DNA of 64,000 nucleotides from Piedraia hortae CBS 480.64 (taxonomy: Eukaryota). Where the stretch lies: positions 310,001 through 374,000 of the forward strand of contig MU005958.1 in assembly GCA_010093745.1 (NCBI GenBank). The letters are read 5' to 3'. The notes under the pieces are model-generated. The model saw nothing but the letters and a program-made list of their open reading frames with translations. It was not told the origin of the DNA and searched no databases. The position numbers were made by a program, and so were the translations under genes. Of the stretch, positions 48,589 through 60,672 are shown piece by piece. Each line of letters opens with the position of its first letter. Within the stretch, counting starts at the first letter, position 1.

Positions 48589-49193
48589 TCAAGCTCCTCT
48601 ATGGTCGTACTGCCTACTCCTCAAGTCGTCCAAGTCAACTGGTACCAACTGCTGGCGTGCGTAAAGCGTTATGCCAAGCATAAAAGCCGGCATAACATCA
48701 CTTTATTCAACCTATCAGCGTTGTTACCTCAACAGAACATTTTAAGTACGACTTACATCCACAGTTCTTCGTCCACTCTCCCCCTCATCAGCGCCATCAC
48801 GAGCAAAAGGAACGCCAGGACGAAATTAAGCGGGACAAGGAAACACTCCAGCGGAGAAGCTGCAGGACCAATCGTCAGCACGCCGTCCCTCTTTTTGTCT
48901 GGCGGAAGAATTTTCCAGATGGCAGCAGTACAAGCAAGGCTGGACAGGCCGAACAGCACACAAAGGCGTCGCGACGACATGGTGATGCTCGAGCCGATGA
49001 TGAGCATGCCAAGAATCGGCATGAAGAAGAAGATGGTCTGATATATTTTGTTGGAGCGCAGGTCTTGGTCGCGTATGGTGGATATAACCTGTTCTTGCTC
49101 TTCTTCGTCGAGGATTGGCTCGCTTGACGATGATGAACCGCGCCGACGAAATATCCGACGCCTGTGAAGATCCGGCATTTGTAAAGTAGGCAT
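48589..49193 (-). CDS. Conserved fungal multi-pass membrane protein of unknown function
   Basis: LDEEEQEQVI motif and several hydrophobic helices; intron 48756-48701 joins a terminal exon ending VDLDDLRSRQYDHRGA. Confidence 0.7.
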
Positions 49194-49458
49194 GAAGGTG
49201 TCTGTACCGGAGGGGGTCAGGGTTTACGTTGGATTGAGCGATGTTGAAGTTATTTGAACATTTCAAGTGTGTGGGTATGCATCCCCAACGAAATGTTTTT
49301 TACGACAATGACAGTCGTGTCTAGTTCATGCTAGCTGCACAAAAGTGAGGTCGAACTCTTTCGCGTACACCGTCATGCAACTAGGGTTGCAGCAGAAGGG
49401 CCAATCAGCTGTCACCATCAGAAGCTTAACCGACTACACTTCTATCGAATCGCCTAAA

Positions 49459-50090
49459 ATGCGTGCGCGACTGTCGCCTCGGCTACGAACGAGCTCAATA
49501 AGACCGATTCCGGAATATCATAATGGGTTTCGAAGATGTTTGGGAACTTCTCCACGCCACCAGAGAATGGCACCCTTGATGGAGCGCCGGGCCGACCGCG
49601 AGCTGCCAACCATATCTGATGTGCTCCCGCACTGGAGCCGGACTCTTCCAGTTTTTGTACTCATCATGATTGGCTCAACCCTGGCCATCCTCAACCACCA
49701 GAAGCAGACAAGCTCAATTGTAGCTAGTACTTTGTATGCGCTTCGCACAAATCCGGCCGTACGCGAGATTCTAGGCGACGAGATCTATTTTGCTAGCCGT
49801 TATCCATGGATTTGGGGTGCTATGGATCCAATGGGTGGTTTAATAGACATCCAGTACTGGGTCAAGGGAACTAAGGGACGAGGTTTAATGAGATTCAGGA
49901 GCGAGAGGAAAACCAAGCATGATTTCGTAAGTGCCTGCCGCAATCCTGGAAAAGACCCCAATACCGGGAATTGACTGACATTAAATAGTTCCAGACAGTC
50001 AAGTGGACCTTGCAGCTTGAAGGTTGTCAGGAAATTTCCTTGCTCACGTCCGAGGGCAGTGATCCGCTCGAGCAATATGGCAACTCGTGA
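49459..50090 (+). CDS. COA1: Cytochrome c oxidase assembly factor 1
   Basis: ERRADRELP, TM helix, NHQKQTSSIVASTLYALR...ILGDEIYF...PWIWG...VKGTKGRG.MRFRS; one intron from 49927. Confidence 0.85.
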
Positions 50091-50963
50091 AAAGACTGTC
50101 AAACACACACATCACGTACAAAATGTTCTCAGCCCGTGGGCAGAGCAACATTCACGGACCTATTCCTACAAATCTCTAGAGCTAGATTTAGTTCTCACCG
50201 TCATACCCAGCCATAGCCCTGTCGTCATGGCCAGAACATAAACGCATCAATAACATGTTTTCTCAAACTTGGTCGGCGAGGATCCAATCGAGGCGTTGAC
50301 GCACTTCAAGGATGATGCCAGTAAGAGTGGCTGAATCATGACTTCCGGCGACGAATTCCCCACCAGTGCAGTATGTTGTCACGCGGTAGCTTGAGTACAT
50401 ATATCATCGAAAACTGACCTTGGGAACTGCTGCAGTGAACGGTATTTAATTGACACTGATCGATAGCATGGCATAAGATATGGAACATTGAGATCTGTGC
50501 ACACATAAATACAAGGAACTATCTTGGCTTCCGCATAAGATGAATACCCAAGGCCATCCTTTCCAGCAACCTGTGTAAGGCTGGGAACTGATGAAGATGG
50601 GGGTCGCATCAGCTGGAAATAGTGCAAGACCAGCGACACTTTGACCCTAGACATGAGCAGACTCAGCAGTCGCAGGGACGCGTTCCAACAATGAGCACAA
50701 TCAGAAGCCTCCGTAGAGGCATTTCAGAGATTAAACCGAAGAGAACAGAATACTCTACATGATCTAAGCCAAAATGCAAAGAGAGTTGGAGGAAAAGGGA
50801 CGAGAGAGCAGAAATTCTGTCAATCGGGCGGAAGCGCGCTAGCGAGTCATGTTAGCGTCCAGTCACATGCACTGTCGTGTGATTGGTTTGCCAACCCTGG
50901 AAACTCGATAGTAGCCTGTTCAGGAATAGTTTGGTTATCAAACATCAATTGGTACCTTGGCCG

Positions 50964-51746
50964 ATGGGGGGCAAGCGCAAACGAACAGATCCCACAAGCA
51001 AAGGGCCGGCAAGGAGGAATCACGGAATCAGAAAGAAACAAAAGAGTGTGGTACAGCAATCGCGACCATCACCAATAAAGAATCCATTTGAAGCCGAGAG
51101 TGGCATTTTACTATTCGGCGAGGGCGATTTCTCATTTGCACGTAGTCTAGTAGACGAACACGGTTGCTGCGATGTGACAGCTACCAGCCTCGACTCCCAA
51201 GCGGAGGTACAGGCCAAATACGCCCCACAGGCGGAGGAGAACACACGCCATCTCATCGATGAAGGGCAAACGGTATGGTATAATGTCGATGCCACGCGTG
51301 TTGAAAGCGACAATAGATTTTTCCGTAAAAAGAAGGTGAAGAGATTTTGGGATGTAGTCGCTTTCAACTTCCCTCATGTCGGTGGGAAGTCAAAGGATGT
51401 CAATCGCCAGGTGCGCTTCAACCAGGAATTGCTTGTGGGTGTCTTCAAAGCGGCTTCGCCATTGTTATGTTCAAGCGGGACAATCATAATTACGCTTTTC
51501 GAGGGCGAGCCATACACCTTGTGGAATATCAGGGATCTGGCTCGTTACTGTGGGTTGCAGGTCGTAACGAGCTTCCGCTTCAACCATGCGCTCTATCCAG
51601 GTTACAGTCATGCACGTACCTTGGGGAACATTGAGGGCAGTGGGGGTTGGAAAGGAGAAGAGAGGGAGGCGAAAAGTTATGTTTTTCGAAACAAGACCGA
51701 GGACATTACGGCAAGGGGTCAAAGCAAGCGTGGCCAAGAAGACTGA
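50964..51746 (+). CDS. BMT5: DUF2431 25S rRNA uridine-N3 methyltransferase
   Basis: ILLFGEGDFSFA, VDATR, FNFPHVGG...NQELL, TLFEGEPY..WNIRDLA, YPGYSHARTLG. Confidence 0.9.
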   Translation: MGGKRKRTDPTSKGPARRNHGIRKKQKSVVQQSRPSPIKNPFEAESGILLFGEGDFSFARSLVDEHGCCDVTATSLDSQAEVQAKYAPQAEENTRHLIDEGQTVWYNVDATRVESDNRFFRKKKVKRFWDVVAFNFPHVGGKSKDVNRQVRFNQELLVGVFKAASPLLCSSGTIIITLFEGEPYTLWNIRDLARYCGLQVVTSFRFNHALYPGYSHARTLGNIEGSGGWKGEEREAKSYVFRNKTEDITARGQSKRGQED

Positions 51747-52134
51747 TTAACTTTACACCGATATGCATATAAGTCGGTTGAACTGTTGCATTCCACTGCA
51801 TGAGGGTCAAGTAAAGTTCACCCGCATAATCATTAGATCGTGGCTTCTATAATGATCAATCGCATCCAGGAGACATGGCGAGACTTCAAGAATGCCTCGA
51901 GTTCCATGATGGAAACTTGATGGGGCTTGGAGCGGCTAAACCAACCAGGCTGTGCGACTTGCCGACTTGTTACTGTGCGCTGGTGTTTCCTTAGGCCCAG
52001 TTATTGGCAGCGCTTGAGTGGTGGCGAGGTCGACTGAGCTTATCAATCACTTCCTTCTGCGGCGTTGTAGAGCAGCAGGCAGTTGCGCATACCAGTTGAG
52101 ATGTAAGATGTACCATGTGTTGGGTTTAGGATAC

Positions 52135-52680
52135 TCAGAGGATCGAAATTCCCGGGTACCATGTTTTTCCAATGCGTTCTACCTCTCTAATGAAGCGGGG
52201 ACTTGCGATCTCGAGGGTGCCACGCGACTGAGCCTTTTTCGGATCGTGCTGATCTGGCACATAGAAAGGGTTCCTTAACAATCGAACGTATGCCAGCTGG
52301 AGCGCCTGAAACGCAGGTGTTAGATCTGCATTACGGAGGCCTAGGCCGACAACCTTGGCTGCTTCGGCAGTGGCAGCCGCTCGGCCGGACATGTCAACAG
52401 CTATGATGAGCTTCACGCCAGTGTTGAGAAGCCAGCCGTACATGGCAATTCGCTCGTCCAAGGCATGTAGAAGACCAAAGTCATGGCCTATAAGCTTGGA
52501 GGGCATACGGGCCTCGAAAATATCCAGACATGAATTCAATCTGAACGAGTACTCCAGGTGGTCCCGAGGAGCTTCATCGCCGTTGGAAGCTGTAGCGGGG
52601 AAAAGAGACGTATGCAGGAGATTATTGTGCCGTCCAACAACGCCAATAGCAGCTATGGCTGGGCTCCTTGCCTCTTCCAT
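52135..52680 (-). CDS. Sedlin-like TRAPP subunit (TRAPPC2L/Tca17)
   Basis: IAAIGVVGRHNN, LDIFE, FGLL...YGWLLNTGVKLII, AYVRLLRNPFY. Confidence 0.85.
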   Translation of the reverse strand: MEEARSPAIAAIGVVGRHNNLLHTSLFPATASNGDEAPRDHLEYSFRLNSCLDIFEARMPSKLIGHDFGLLHALDERIAMYGWLLNTGVKLIIAVDMSGRAAATAEAAKVVGLGLRNADLTPAFQALQLAYVRLLRNPFYVPDQHDPKKAQSRGTLEIASPRFIREVERIGKTWYPGISIL

Positions 52681-52829
52681 GACGGTTTGGAGGAGGCTGT
52701 GGTCGGTGACATGAGCGACGGTATGTCACCGAAAATGCCAGTATCATGACGACGATTAGTCATATCGACGGAGACAACGTCGCATGCCACCACCCACTTC
52801 AGACACCTCCAACTCCGGACACGTCCACG

Positions 52830-53602
52830 ATGCTCTCGACTACGCGCTCGGCGACGGCTCTGGCATTACGGCGTGCGTACAGCTTCGACACTTGAAGTTC
52901 CAAGCTGACAGCAATAGCGACCGTCTTCCGCAATGCGGCTTTTTTGTCGACGACGTCAGCTAAGGAGAATGCCCCGATGACGCAGCGGCCGGGACTTGTA
53001 ATGGGTAACCAGCCGCTGCCGCCGCCAGCAATAAGCTCCAGCAAAATGGCGACGACTGTGCCGCTGGCGAGTCAAGAAGGCACCAAGGGCGTTGTTCAAT
53101 ATGCACTGTGCGTGCTCATACGGCGAGGGGACTGGGAGCTGACATGTCCAGAACCACGCTCGACATAATGGCCAACTGGGCACGCCAGGGTTCGTTCTGG
53201 CCAGTAACGTTTGGCCTGGCTTGCTGTGCCGTCGAGATGATGCATTTATCCACGCCCCGGTACGACCAGGACCGACTGGGCATCATCTTTCGCGCGTCGC
53301 CGCGCCAGGCAGATGTCATGATCGTAGCCGGGACGCTCACCAACAAGATGGCGCCGGCACTAAGGCAGGTCTACGATCAGATGCCGGAGCCGCGGTGGGT
53401 CATCTCGATGGGCAGCTGCGCCAACGGCGGGGGTTACTATCACTACTCGTACAGCGTTACGAGGGGGTGCGACCGGATCGTGCCTGTCGATATCTACGTG
53501 CCAGGATGTCCACCCACTGCCGAGGCCTTGATGTTTGGAATCTTCCAGTTGCAGAAAAAGATTCGACATCAAAAGATTACGCGGATGTGGTATAGGAGGT
53601 AG
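52830..53602 (+). CDS. NDUFS7: Complex I PSST / 20 kDa Fe-S subunit
   Basis: [51 protein letters not shown]; two short 5' introns; presequence. Confidence 0.97.
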
Positions 53603-53845
53603 AGGTCTGTTCCAGCGTTTTTCTGTATCTACAATGCCCTTTTCACCTGCAAGGACACTGTTGCGTCTAGTTCTTTCCGTCGATGGTCTGGCTTTCGCTC
53701 TGGATGAGCAGCAGGGATCGGCCTAGTATGATGCTGATGCCCGAGGGATAGTGCAACCAGATGAATCCAGCCATAGTATAGTCATAACTTGTCCCTCATG
53801 ATCCCCGGTGCTAGGTCTTGGACTAGTCTATCCCCTCCACGAACC

Positions 53846-54565
53846 TCATCGGCTGTCCCACGACCAGATGGCGCCCGCGACGCCAAACGCAAAGCACAGA
53901 ACGGCGCTGACAGTGACAAAATCAAAAGCGTCATCCTGGTGTTCTACTTCCCTCTTTCTAACGCGGCCGCTTCTCTTCTTCTCAATCGTTTCGTGGGTGC
54001 GGTAATGGCCGTGGCGGTCAAAGTGGCTGAGATCGTCTTCAACAGAGCCGTGTCGTGATGAAGCCATATCGGCTTGCTTGGACTGCGACTGCGACTGCGA
54101 CGACGCGTTCCAGCCTCCATTTCTGTAGAAGCTTGGTGGCGGGCCCCGAAACGGCCCCCGTCGTTTGCTCAATCCACCCGGCGTCCTTCCTCCCGCGGCA
54201 GAGGAATGGCTCCCTTTGGGCGTCGACGCCGAAGATGCAGCTGGACGACCAAAGTATTCCCTGTCGTAACGCGCCTTGCTCTCGGGCGAGCCAAGGACGC
54301 TATGGGCTTCGGAAATACGCACGAAGCGGCGATGCGCAGCTTCGTTGTCCGGGTGCAGGTCCGGGTGATATGCCTTCGAAAGCTTGTAGAACTGTTTTTT
54401 GATCTCGCTGGGCGTAGCCGAAGGAGTAAGACCCAGTGTGGCGTAGTGGTCTTCTGCCTCCCGGATGGCGGAGCGGTGGAAGTACGAGGCCCACATCCTC
54501 CTTGCCACGCCATGTCCAAGCATCTCAGCCATGCTTGACGTTGTGCGGTTGGCATTGGTTATCAT
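53846..54565 (-). CDS. DnaJ-domain protein with C-terminal TM helix, probably mitochondrial
   Basis: DHYATLGL...IKKQFYKLSKAYHPD...ISEAHSVLG...ARYD; hydrophobic C-terminus. Confidence 0.88.
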   Translation of the reverse strand: MITNANRTTSSMAEMLGHGVARRMWASYFHRSAIREAEDHYATLGLTPSATPSEIKKQFYKLSKAYHPDLHPDNEAAHRRFVRISEAHSVLGSPESKARYDREYFGRPAASSASTPKGSHSSAAGGRTPGGLSKRRGPFRGPPPSFYRNGGWNASSQSQSQSKQADMASSRHGSVEDDLSHFDRHGHYRTHETIEKKRSGRVRKREVEHQDDAFDFVTVSAVLCFAFGVAGAIWSWDSR

Positions 54566-54813
54566 AGGGTTGATGTGGTTGAGAAGCGTGGCGTCTTCTA
54601 TTCAGCGGATGTGGTCTTGAATCTATCTCGCCTAGGTGTTGTCTGCACAATATTTTCAATTGCATCCTTGATCTCGTCTTGTCCGTTTACGTAGCCTTGG
54701 CACACATACGACGTCGTTGGCACCTGACAAACATTGAATCTGGCATCGAACAAGCCCAAAGTTTCGATTGCACTTTCACCTGGGTATCATTACGGCGACG
54801 ACACAAAGCTAAC

Positions 54814-55944
54814 CTAAGCCCCATTCTCCACTTCGGCCTTTCTGACCTTGAGCTCAAACTCTTCCTTCTCCTTTATCCTTCTCATGTCTGCCAACACGTT
54901 GACCTTGTTCATGATGCCTTCAAAAACCCTTATAACCTCGGGCGAGGGTAGTGGGATCAGCTCTGGGACACCCACGCTGGAAAGAATAGCAGTGATCTTA
55001 TCCGTCTGAAGCATAGACTTGGCCGTACGAGGTTTGGTCAATTTGTCTGATGCAAAGTGCACCCCAGCGGGAAGCTTGTCCGCGTATACCACTCCAAATC
55101 GCTCTTGGTCGGCCTTGGAAAGATCCAGAGAAGGGGGCGCTTCACGAGGCGTTGCTGACGTCGCACTATGAGGAGCGCCATGATCCCTTCCGCCTCCCCC
55201 TGCAGTACGTAACCTCGGATTCTTTCGTGCTCGATCTGCATTAACAAGACTCTGCCACAGTGCCATAAGTTCCTGGGACGAGGAGGGTGTGCTCCCGCTC
55301 TTGGCGATTGGATAGTCCAATCTTCTTCGCAAATCTTCTCTTTCGCTTTCAAGCTGTGCTTGGTTTGCCATGATTCTCTGCAAGTCTCGCAAAAGGGAGG
55401 TTTCCTCTTCAACCTCATCCGGAGAGCGATGTAGGTGACTCTGTAGCAGCTCCTTCCTTTTCCGCTCCCGTTCAGGGTCGAAGGAATTCAGTGTCTTCCA
55501 GAGAGCGTGCTGTGACGGAGTCATCTCTTGCTCAGGGGTCTCAAGTGCGAGGAGTTTGGCCGAAATGTTGTAAAATCGCGCCTTGAGATCTTCCAGTGTG
55601 CGCTGTGATCCTTGCCAGTCGTATCGATCGTGAATGACGGGCCATTTCCCGTAACATTCAGCGTAGGTTTGCATCAGATATGCTGTCTCTTCCGCACTCC
55701 AAAGCGGATCAGTTAGATGGCTCTCATAAGTTTCGGCCTCATACGAGGGAACGAAAGGGTGCACATCGTATTTCTTGAAATCGGGAGGAGCGCCAGATGG
55801 TGTTTGTCGCACCCAACGACGATAAGGAGATGCAGGTTGGCTCCAGTGTGCAGCTTCGCGGCGTTGACGGATCAAAGGACCTAAATGATGAGCTGATTGG
55901 AGATTAAGAAGATAGAAAGACGACCTACGATTTGCGTGCGCCAT
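54814..55944 (-). CDS. SWC4: SWR1/NuA4 subunit Swc4 (DMAP1, SANT domain); start uncertain (55944 or 56031)
   Basis: FKKYDV, WSAEETAYL...KWPVIHDRY...RTLEDLKARFY, FDPERERKRK. Confidence 0.85.
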   Translation of the reverse strand: MAHANRRSSFYLLNLQSAHHLGPLIRQRREAAHWSQPASPYRRWVRQTPSGAPPDFKKYDVHPFVPSYEAETYESHLTDPLWSAEETAYLMQTYAECYGKWPVIHDRYDWQGSQRTLEDLKARFYNISAKLLALETPEQEMTPSQHALWKTLNSFDPERERKRKELLQSHLHRSPDEVEEETSLLRDLQRIMANQAQLESEREDLRRRLDYPIAKSGSTPSSSQELMALWQSLVNADRARKNPRLRTAGGGGRDHGAPHSATSATPREAPPSLDLSKADQERFGVVYADKLPAGVHFASDKLTKPRTAKSMLQTDKITAILSSVGVPELIPLPSPEVIRVFEGIMNKVNVLADMRRIKEKEEFELKVRKAEVENGA

Positions 55945-56361
55945 GGCATTCCGGAACCTGGGTTGTTCCAAAGCCTGCGCCAGAGAGATGGCGCACGGTT
56001 CGGGCCGTTCCGCCAAAGCTTGGCACAACATATCTTGTGTCGATCCTGAAAGTCGGATTTTGCGAATACCGAGTATAACGCGGATGATTGCCTACTAACC
56101 ACCGTGCAAGAATTTTTATGTCCATGTTGAGGTTTAAAAACAAAACAGTATGCTATAACTATGAGCACATAAGAGAATTAATCATAAGGAATTTCCACAC
56201 TTCGCCTTTGTCCATTGGAATCATTTACCGTTTATCCATGCCACTTTTGTATGCCCAGCCAAGCCACCATAATACTTTTAATATGCTTGCACCAAAAATC
56301 TTGAGGCAATTCTAAGTCCCAGTGCCAGTCCCTCTTGTCCCACAGCAAAGTCAGGACTCTC

Positions 56362-57646
56362 CTAAAAGTTCTGCGCAATGCCGCTGTTTGCCTGATAATT
56401 GCCCCCCGTATGTAGTTGTGTGTTGCGCCGCGCAGTAACATCCCTGACAACGGGCATGTCAGCATTTGCACCGTCCTGAGCGCCGCCATAGGTCCCATCG
56501 CCATAAGGGCCATGCTGTCCATATCCAAGTATAGCAGGATGATCGTGGAGGGACGGTAAAGGGATTGGATCGTCCGATCGATCAGAACGCGCCGTGTTGC
56601 TATAGGCCGAAGAAGCATTGCTAGGGCCTCGGCGGGGGCCGGTATTGGTAGCCGAGACTGGTGCATGGCCAAGGGCCCCGAGATCGTCGCTGTCCATGGT
56701 TTGTCTCTGCGCATCGACCAAAGGATCGCCTGAATGTTTGTCAGAAGGGATGAATTCGGGAGAGCCGTTGCTCATTTCGCCCAGAGAATTTTCCGACAGC
56801 TGGTTATGCGTGTGACCAGCACCGCTTCGGGATGCACTTGTTGCTTTGTTCGCCAAAGGGGCTGCGGCACCCCAGCCCCTGTAGCCCTGCTCCTGCGTCA
56901 TTTCAGGGTCTTCGGTTGCAACCTTGGGGATGGTAGGATCGGAATTAGGATTGAAGCCGTAGTCCTCAACCTCTTTACGCCGCTGCTCACGCTCGGCTTT
57001 GGCTCGCTTGCGCTGTCGCCACCACCATATAAAGGCACCAACGAAGAGGGCTACGGCAAGGACCGGAAGTACCACGGCGATGGCCGTTTTCCCTCCAGTT
57101 GACAGCCCGCCTTTGGGGTTGCCAGATCCAGGCGTAGTTGGGCTGCTTGCCTGGGGCAGCGATGAAGGCGTGCTTGATGTGGATGACGGCGTCGTGTGAT
57201 GCGAAGCGACAACTGTCCGGATGGACGTCGTGGAGGGGCTGTTGGTCGACGTCACCACTACCGTCACAGCCTGAGTCTCAACGCCGCCATCGCTGGTAGC
57301 AGGCTGAGTCACCACCGAAGTAATGAGGTTGGTGGTCTCCTGCGGCGGCGCCTGGGACACAATCGACGTTACCACGTTGGGGCTAGGGTGTACCGTCACC
57401 ACCGAGGACTCATCCGAGGCAGACGATGCGGCGGACGCGGCCGGAGAGGCATCCGAAGAGGCAACTGAAGATGCAGCAGAGGTAGGCGAGGCAGAGTCGG
57501 CAGAAGCAGGGGTAGCGGCGCTGGAGTCGGGCGTGGAGGCGCTGGGCTCGGCGTTGGATTCGGTATCGGCGGGAGTGTTCACGGCTGCCATGTCAGCAAA
57601 GCCCACGTTGATAGCAGGGGGCCTACATACCAGTTAGGTTGGACAT
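56362..57646 (-). CDS. Ser/Thr-rich single-pass cell-surface protein (Mid2/Wsc-like)
   Basis: 16-nt first exon plus intron 57630-57585; S/T-rich ectodomain, GLSTGGKTAIAVVLPV...WWWRQRK, tail ending GIAQNF. Confidence 0.8.
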
Positions 57647-57959
57647 TTCAAAGAGAACATGAAAACAACAACGAAAAGAGCGAGAGAACGAACTGATTGA
57701 TCTGGGAAGCCTCCTCGTTTCACGCCCGAGATTGCTTGCGCGCTAAAAATGGACCGCACCGCATCACGTGCAGCGATTTTGATTGGCCCCACTGTGACTG
57801 TGACCGATAAAGCCGATGTTGATGTGAAAAATCTTCGTAGATCATCTAGGTAACCTCGACATATCCTATGTACATCAGAGTCGTAAAAGAAACGAAAACT
57901 CTCTGCGCTGCAGAGACGAAGACTTTTGTTCCCAGTCATAAATCATCACCACCAGCCTC

Positions 57960-58958
57960 TTAGTCCATCCTCCACTTCATATTGTGCACTCGACCGTCGC
58001 CGTTGTTGGTTACTCTGTTGAAGAACCCATGGCTGAGGTCCAGGTCGGCCTTGGCGCAGCCAGGGCAACGATCAACGATTTTGGCCGTGTACTCGCTGCC
58101 GTCGGCTCCAGTGATGGTAAGAGTCTTGCCGCACAGCGGATTATTGTTGGGGTTGCCAGTGTTGTAGGAATCAAAGATGGTTTCCGAGATGGCAACAATG
58201 TCGTCATTGGAGCCAGAGTTCCACCCACAAGCGCCCAATCCTGTGTCGTACCAGGTCAAGTCCCCGCTGTACTGGGCGCCAGAAGCGGCGAGTCCACCAG
58301 ACAAGCCAGAAGAACCGGAGCTAGGGCTGCTGGGCGTACCATAAGCTGATGTGGCAGTAGACGATGCAGCAGAGGTGGAAGTTGGCGCGACATAAGATGA
58401 TGTTGGCATGGACTCGGAGCTAGATGCGGGCGCCGAAGATGAGCTGGTTGGCGCTGCATAGGACGAAGTCTGTTCCAAGCTAGAGGTAGTCGGGGCCGGA
58501 GCCGGAGCCGAAGACGTCTCAGAGCTTGGTGAAGGGGCAGGAGGCACGGAAGAGCTTGAAGCGGGAGCTGACAATGTGTGCGAGCTGGAAGCCGGAGCCG
58601 GAGCCGGAGAATTATAGACTGAAGACGACTGGACCGGAGCCGGCTGCAGAGACGAAGGAGCGGTAGCCAGGCTGGAGTAGGCTGAAGTAGTCGCAGCAAC
58701 CGGGCTGTGGTAGGCTGGAGCAGAGGCAGCAGCCGAAGAACCGGAGCTATGGTATCCGTGATGGCTGTGGTTGTGAGGACGACTGCTATGAGGGGCTGTT
58801 TCGCCAGCCTCAAGCCAAACCGTCTGCGTAACCACATCGGTGATCACCCGAACTTTCGTCTCAGTGACGTAGATAAGGTCGCGCTTGCCGTTCAACGGCA
58901 CAGCCGACACGGCAGCGGCCAGTAAGGCGCTGATGGTGAAAAGAGACTTGGTGTACAT
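57960..58958 (-). CDS. Secreted expansin-like / RlpA DPBB protein (Asp f 7-like)
   Basis: Signal peptide, KR site, Ser-rich linker, GDLTWYDTGLGACG...NPNNNPLCGK...IVDRCPGC...DLDLS. Confidence 0.9.
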   Translation of the reverse strand: MYTKSLFTISALLAAAVSAVPLNGKRDLIYVTETKVRVITDVVTQTVWLEAGETAPHSSRPHNHSHHGYHSSGSSAAASAPAYHSPVAATTSAYSSLATAPSSLQPAPVQSSSVYNSPAPAPASSSHTLSAPASSSSVPPAPSPSSETSSAPAPAPTTSSLEQTSSYAAPTSSSSAPASSSESMPTSSYVAPTSTSAASSTATSAYGTPSSPSSGSSGLSGGLAASGAQYSGDLTWYDTGLGACGWNSGSNDDIVAISETIFDSYNTGNPNNNPLCGKTLTITGADGSEYTAKIVDRCPGCAKADLDLSHGFFNRVTNNGDGRVHNMKWRMD

Positions 58959-59482
58959 GCTTATTCTTGTAGGAGATTGTAAAGAGAGGTGTATGCGCTC
59001 AACAAACCGAGTTGGAGCTGTTCAAGGAGCGAACGGGTTTAAACCCAGAGAGACGATGGACAGAGGCTGTTAAGGAATGCGAGTCCAGATAATAGAGCGA
59101 TGAAAAAAAAAAAGAGAAAGCGGCAGGGCTGGACATTTAAACCAAGGCTGGCCAGGCTCACACGTGACACGTAATGCGGAGGAAGGAGCGAAATTTCGTC
59201 CCCGCTCGTCCCTGAAGCCGACAGCCAATCACTGGCGATGGCTGTCACGCCACACAGACACCGGCTGTTCAACCGCTTTTTTGGGTTAGATTTCCATACG
59301 TCGGGCCCGGAATCTAGAAGTGTGAGGGCCGCATATGCACGTGTGATGCAGAAGGCGTCACAGCCGCCCAATCCTCGTGGAAAACCGGTGAAGCTATGCA
59401 TTGTCGCCGAGGGGGTACCTTCTGGAGTGGTCGATACCTTCGCTTCTATAATGATACACATTGTGTCTGAAAAATTTACCCG

Positions 59483-60475
59483 TCAATTCCTCCCTGCCAG
59501 CATTATCTGCCCGATCTGTTCCAGCTGTTGATCTGTCAATTCTCTCTTGGGTGTAGATGTCTTCCTGATCTGCGCATTTTCCTGGAGCGGTGTAAGCATG
59601 CTGTCCATCAACTTCTCCCTTCTCTCATTCGCCGCCTTCTTTTGCTCAATCTTCTCCACTTCGTGATGCTCAAACCGAGTTCTGAACCTGGAGTACTTGT
59701 TTCTCAATTCGTCAATCACACTTGTTGGCATGACCTCGTACAGAAGCGGGGGACTGAAAGTACCCTCTTGCACGTTTTCCATTGTTGTGTCATTCTCGCT
59801 TTCTTGAAGAATTTCCTCTTTGCCTTTGGGCGGCCATGGGATGATCACATTTGTTCCTTTGATGGCCCTCACCCCCTTCCCCGGAATCTTCTCCAGGGCC
59901 TCGATAACAACGTCTTTAACCTTGTTGGGATCTTTCGGATCTCGTAAGGGGAACACAAGCCTAACATCCTCAAGAGGGACCCCCCTACTTGCCGCCGTAA
60001 CCTCTGGCTTTTCTCTATTGTCTTTCTGGTTCTGCCACGCAGGAATTATAACATCCACAATATTGAGGCCCTTGACGTTGCATGTCAAGCTGTCTGCGTC
60101 GACTTCAGTAACTTTCCCTATCTTGCTTCGATCTCTCCCCTTTGTGACAACGACCCTGTCGCCCACGCGAATCAGGTTTTCGACCCTTTCTTTCTTATAA
60201 GGCAGCTCCGGGGCGCGGTAGAGATGCATGGGCAAAGCGCCAAAGGTGAGTGCATCTTTTCCAACATCTCTTCGTGGAGCTAGTGTGTTGGTTTCCCAGT
60301 CTATGCGACGGTTTTGTCGCGCCGAGTCGAGCACGGCTTTGACTTGGCGCTGAGTGCGCGTGAAGTTCTCACGGTTGATGAATAGTTCTCCCCTTTTTTG
60401 TGCAGCCTTTTGCTTTTTGAGCTTGCGCGACGTAGATCGGTGAGCACTCGCTGCGCGCTGTAGGACTTTATCCAT
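59483..60475 (-). CDS. MRPL40: Mitochondrial ribosomal protein uL24m (KOW)
   Basis: LAPRRDVG, KOW motif GDRVVVTKGRDRSKIGKV, DVRLV, IPWP, MPTSVIDELRNKYS. Confidence 0.88.
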   Translation of the reverse strand: MDKVLQRAASAHRSTSRKLKKQKAAQKRGELFINRENFTRTQRQVKAVLDSARQNRRIDWETNTLAPRRDVGKDALTFGALPMHLYRAPELPYKKERVENLIRVGDRVVVTKGRDRSKIGKVTEVDADSLTCNVKGLNIVDVIIPAWQNQKDNREKPEVTAASRGVPLEDVRLVFPLRDPKDPNKVKDVVIEALEKIPGKGVRAIKGTNVIIPWPPKGKEEILQESENDTTMENVQEGTFSPPLLYEVMPTSVIDELRNKYSRFRTRFEHHEVEKIEQKKAANERREKLMDSMLTPLQENAQIRKTSTPKRELTDQQLEQIGQIMLAGRN

Positions 60476-60672
60476 TGATTTGGCCAGTGAGTTGGGGGCT
60501 ATGGGAGGGTGAGGTTTCGATAGGCGCTAATGCCTCAGGCACCAAGAAAGAACTATTCCGACAACACTTACAGCTATGATAGTGACTTCTAGAACATGAA
60601 TGCCATTGGAGTCTCATTGTTGGAACAGTTATCTTTCAGTCTATTGAACTACAGGTAACATACAAACCCACT

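Noticed and set aside
50100..50900. Possible gene relic between COA1 and BMT5
   Set aside because: Only short ORF fragments with no motif I can identify; needs a blastx search
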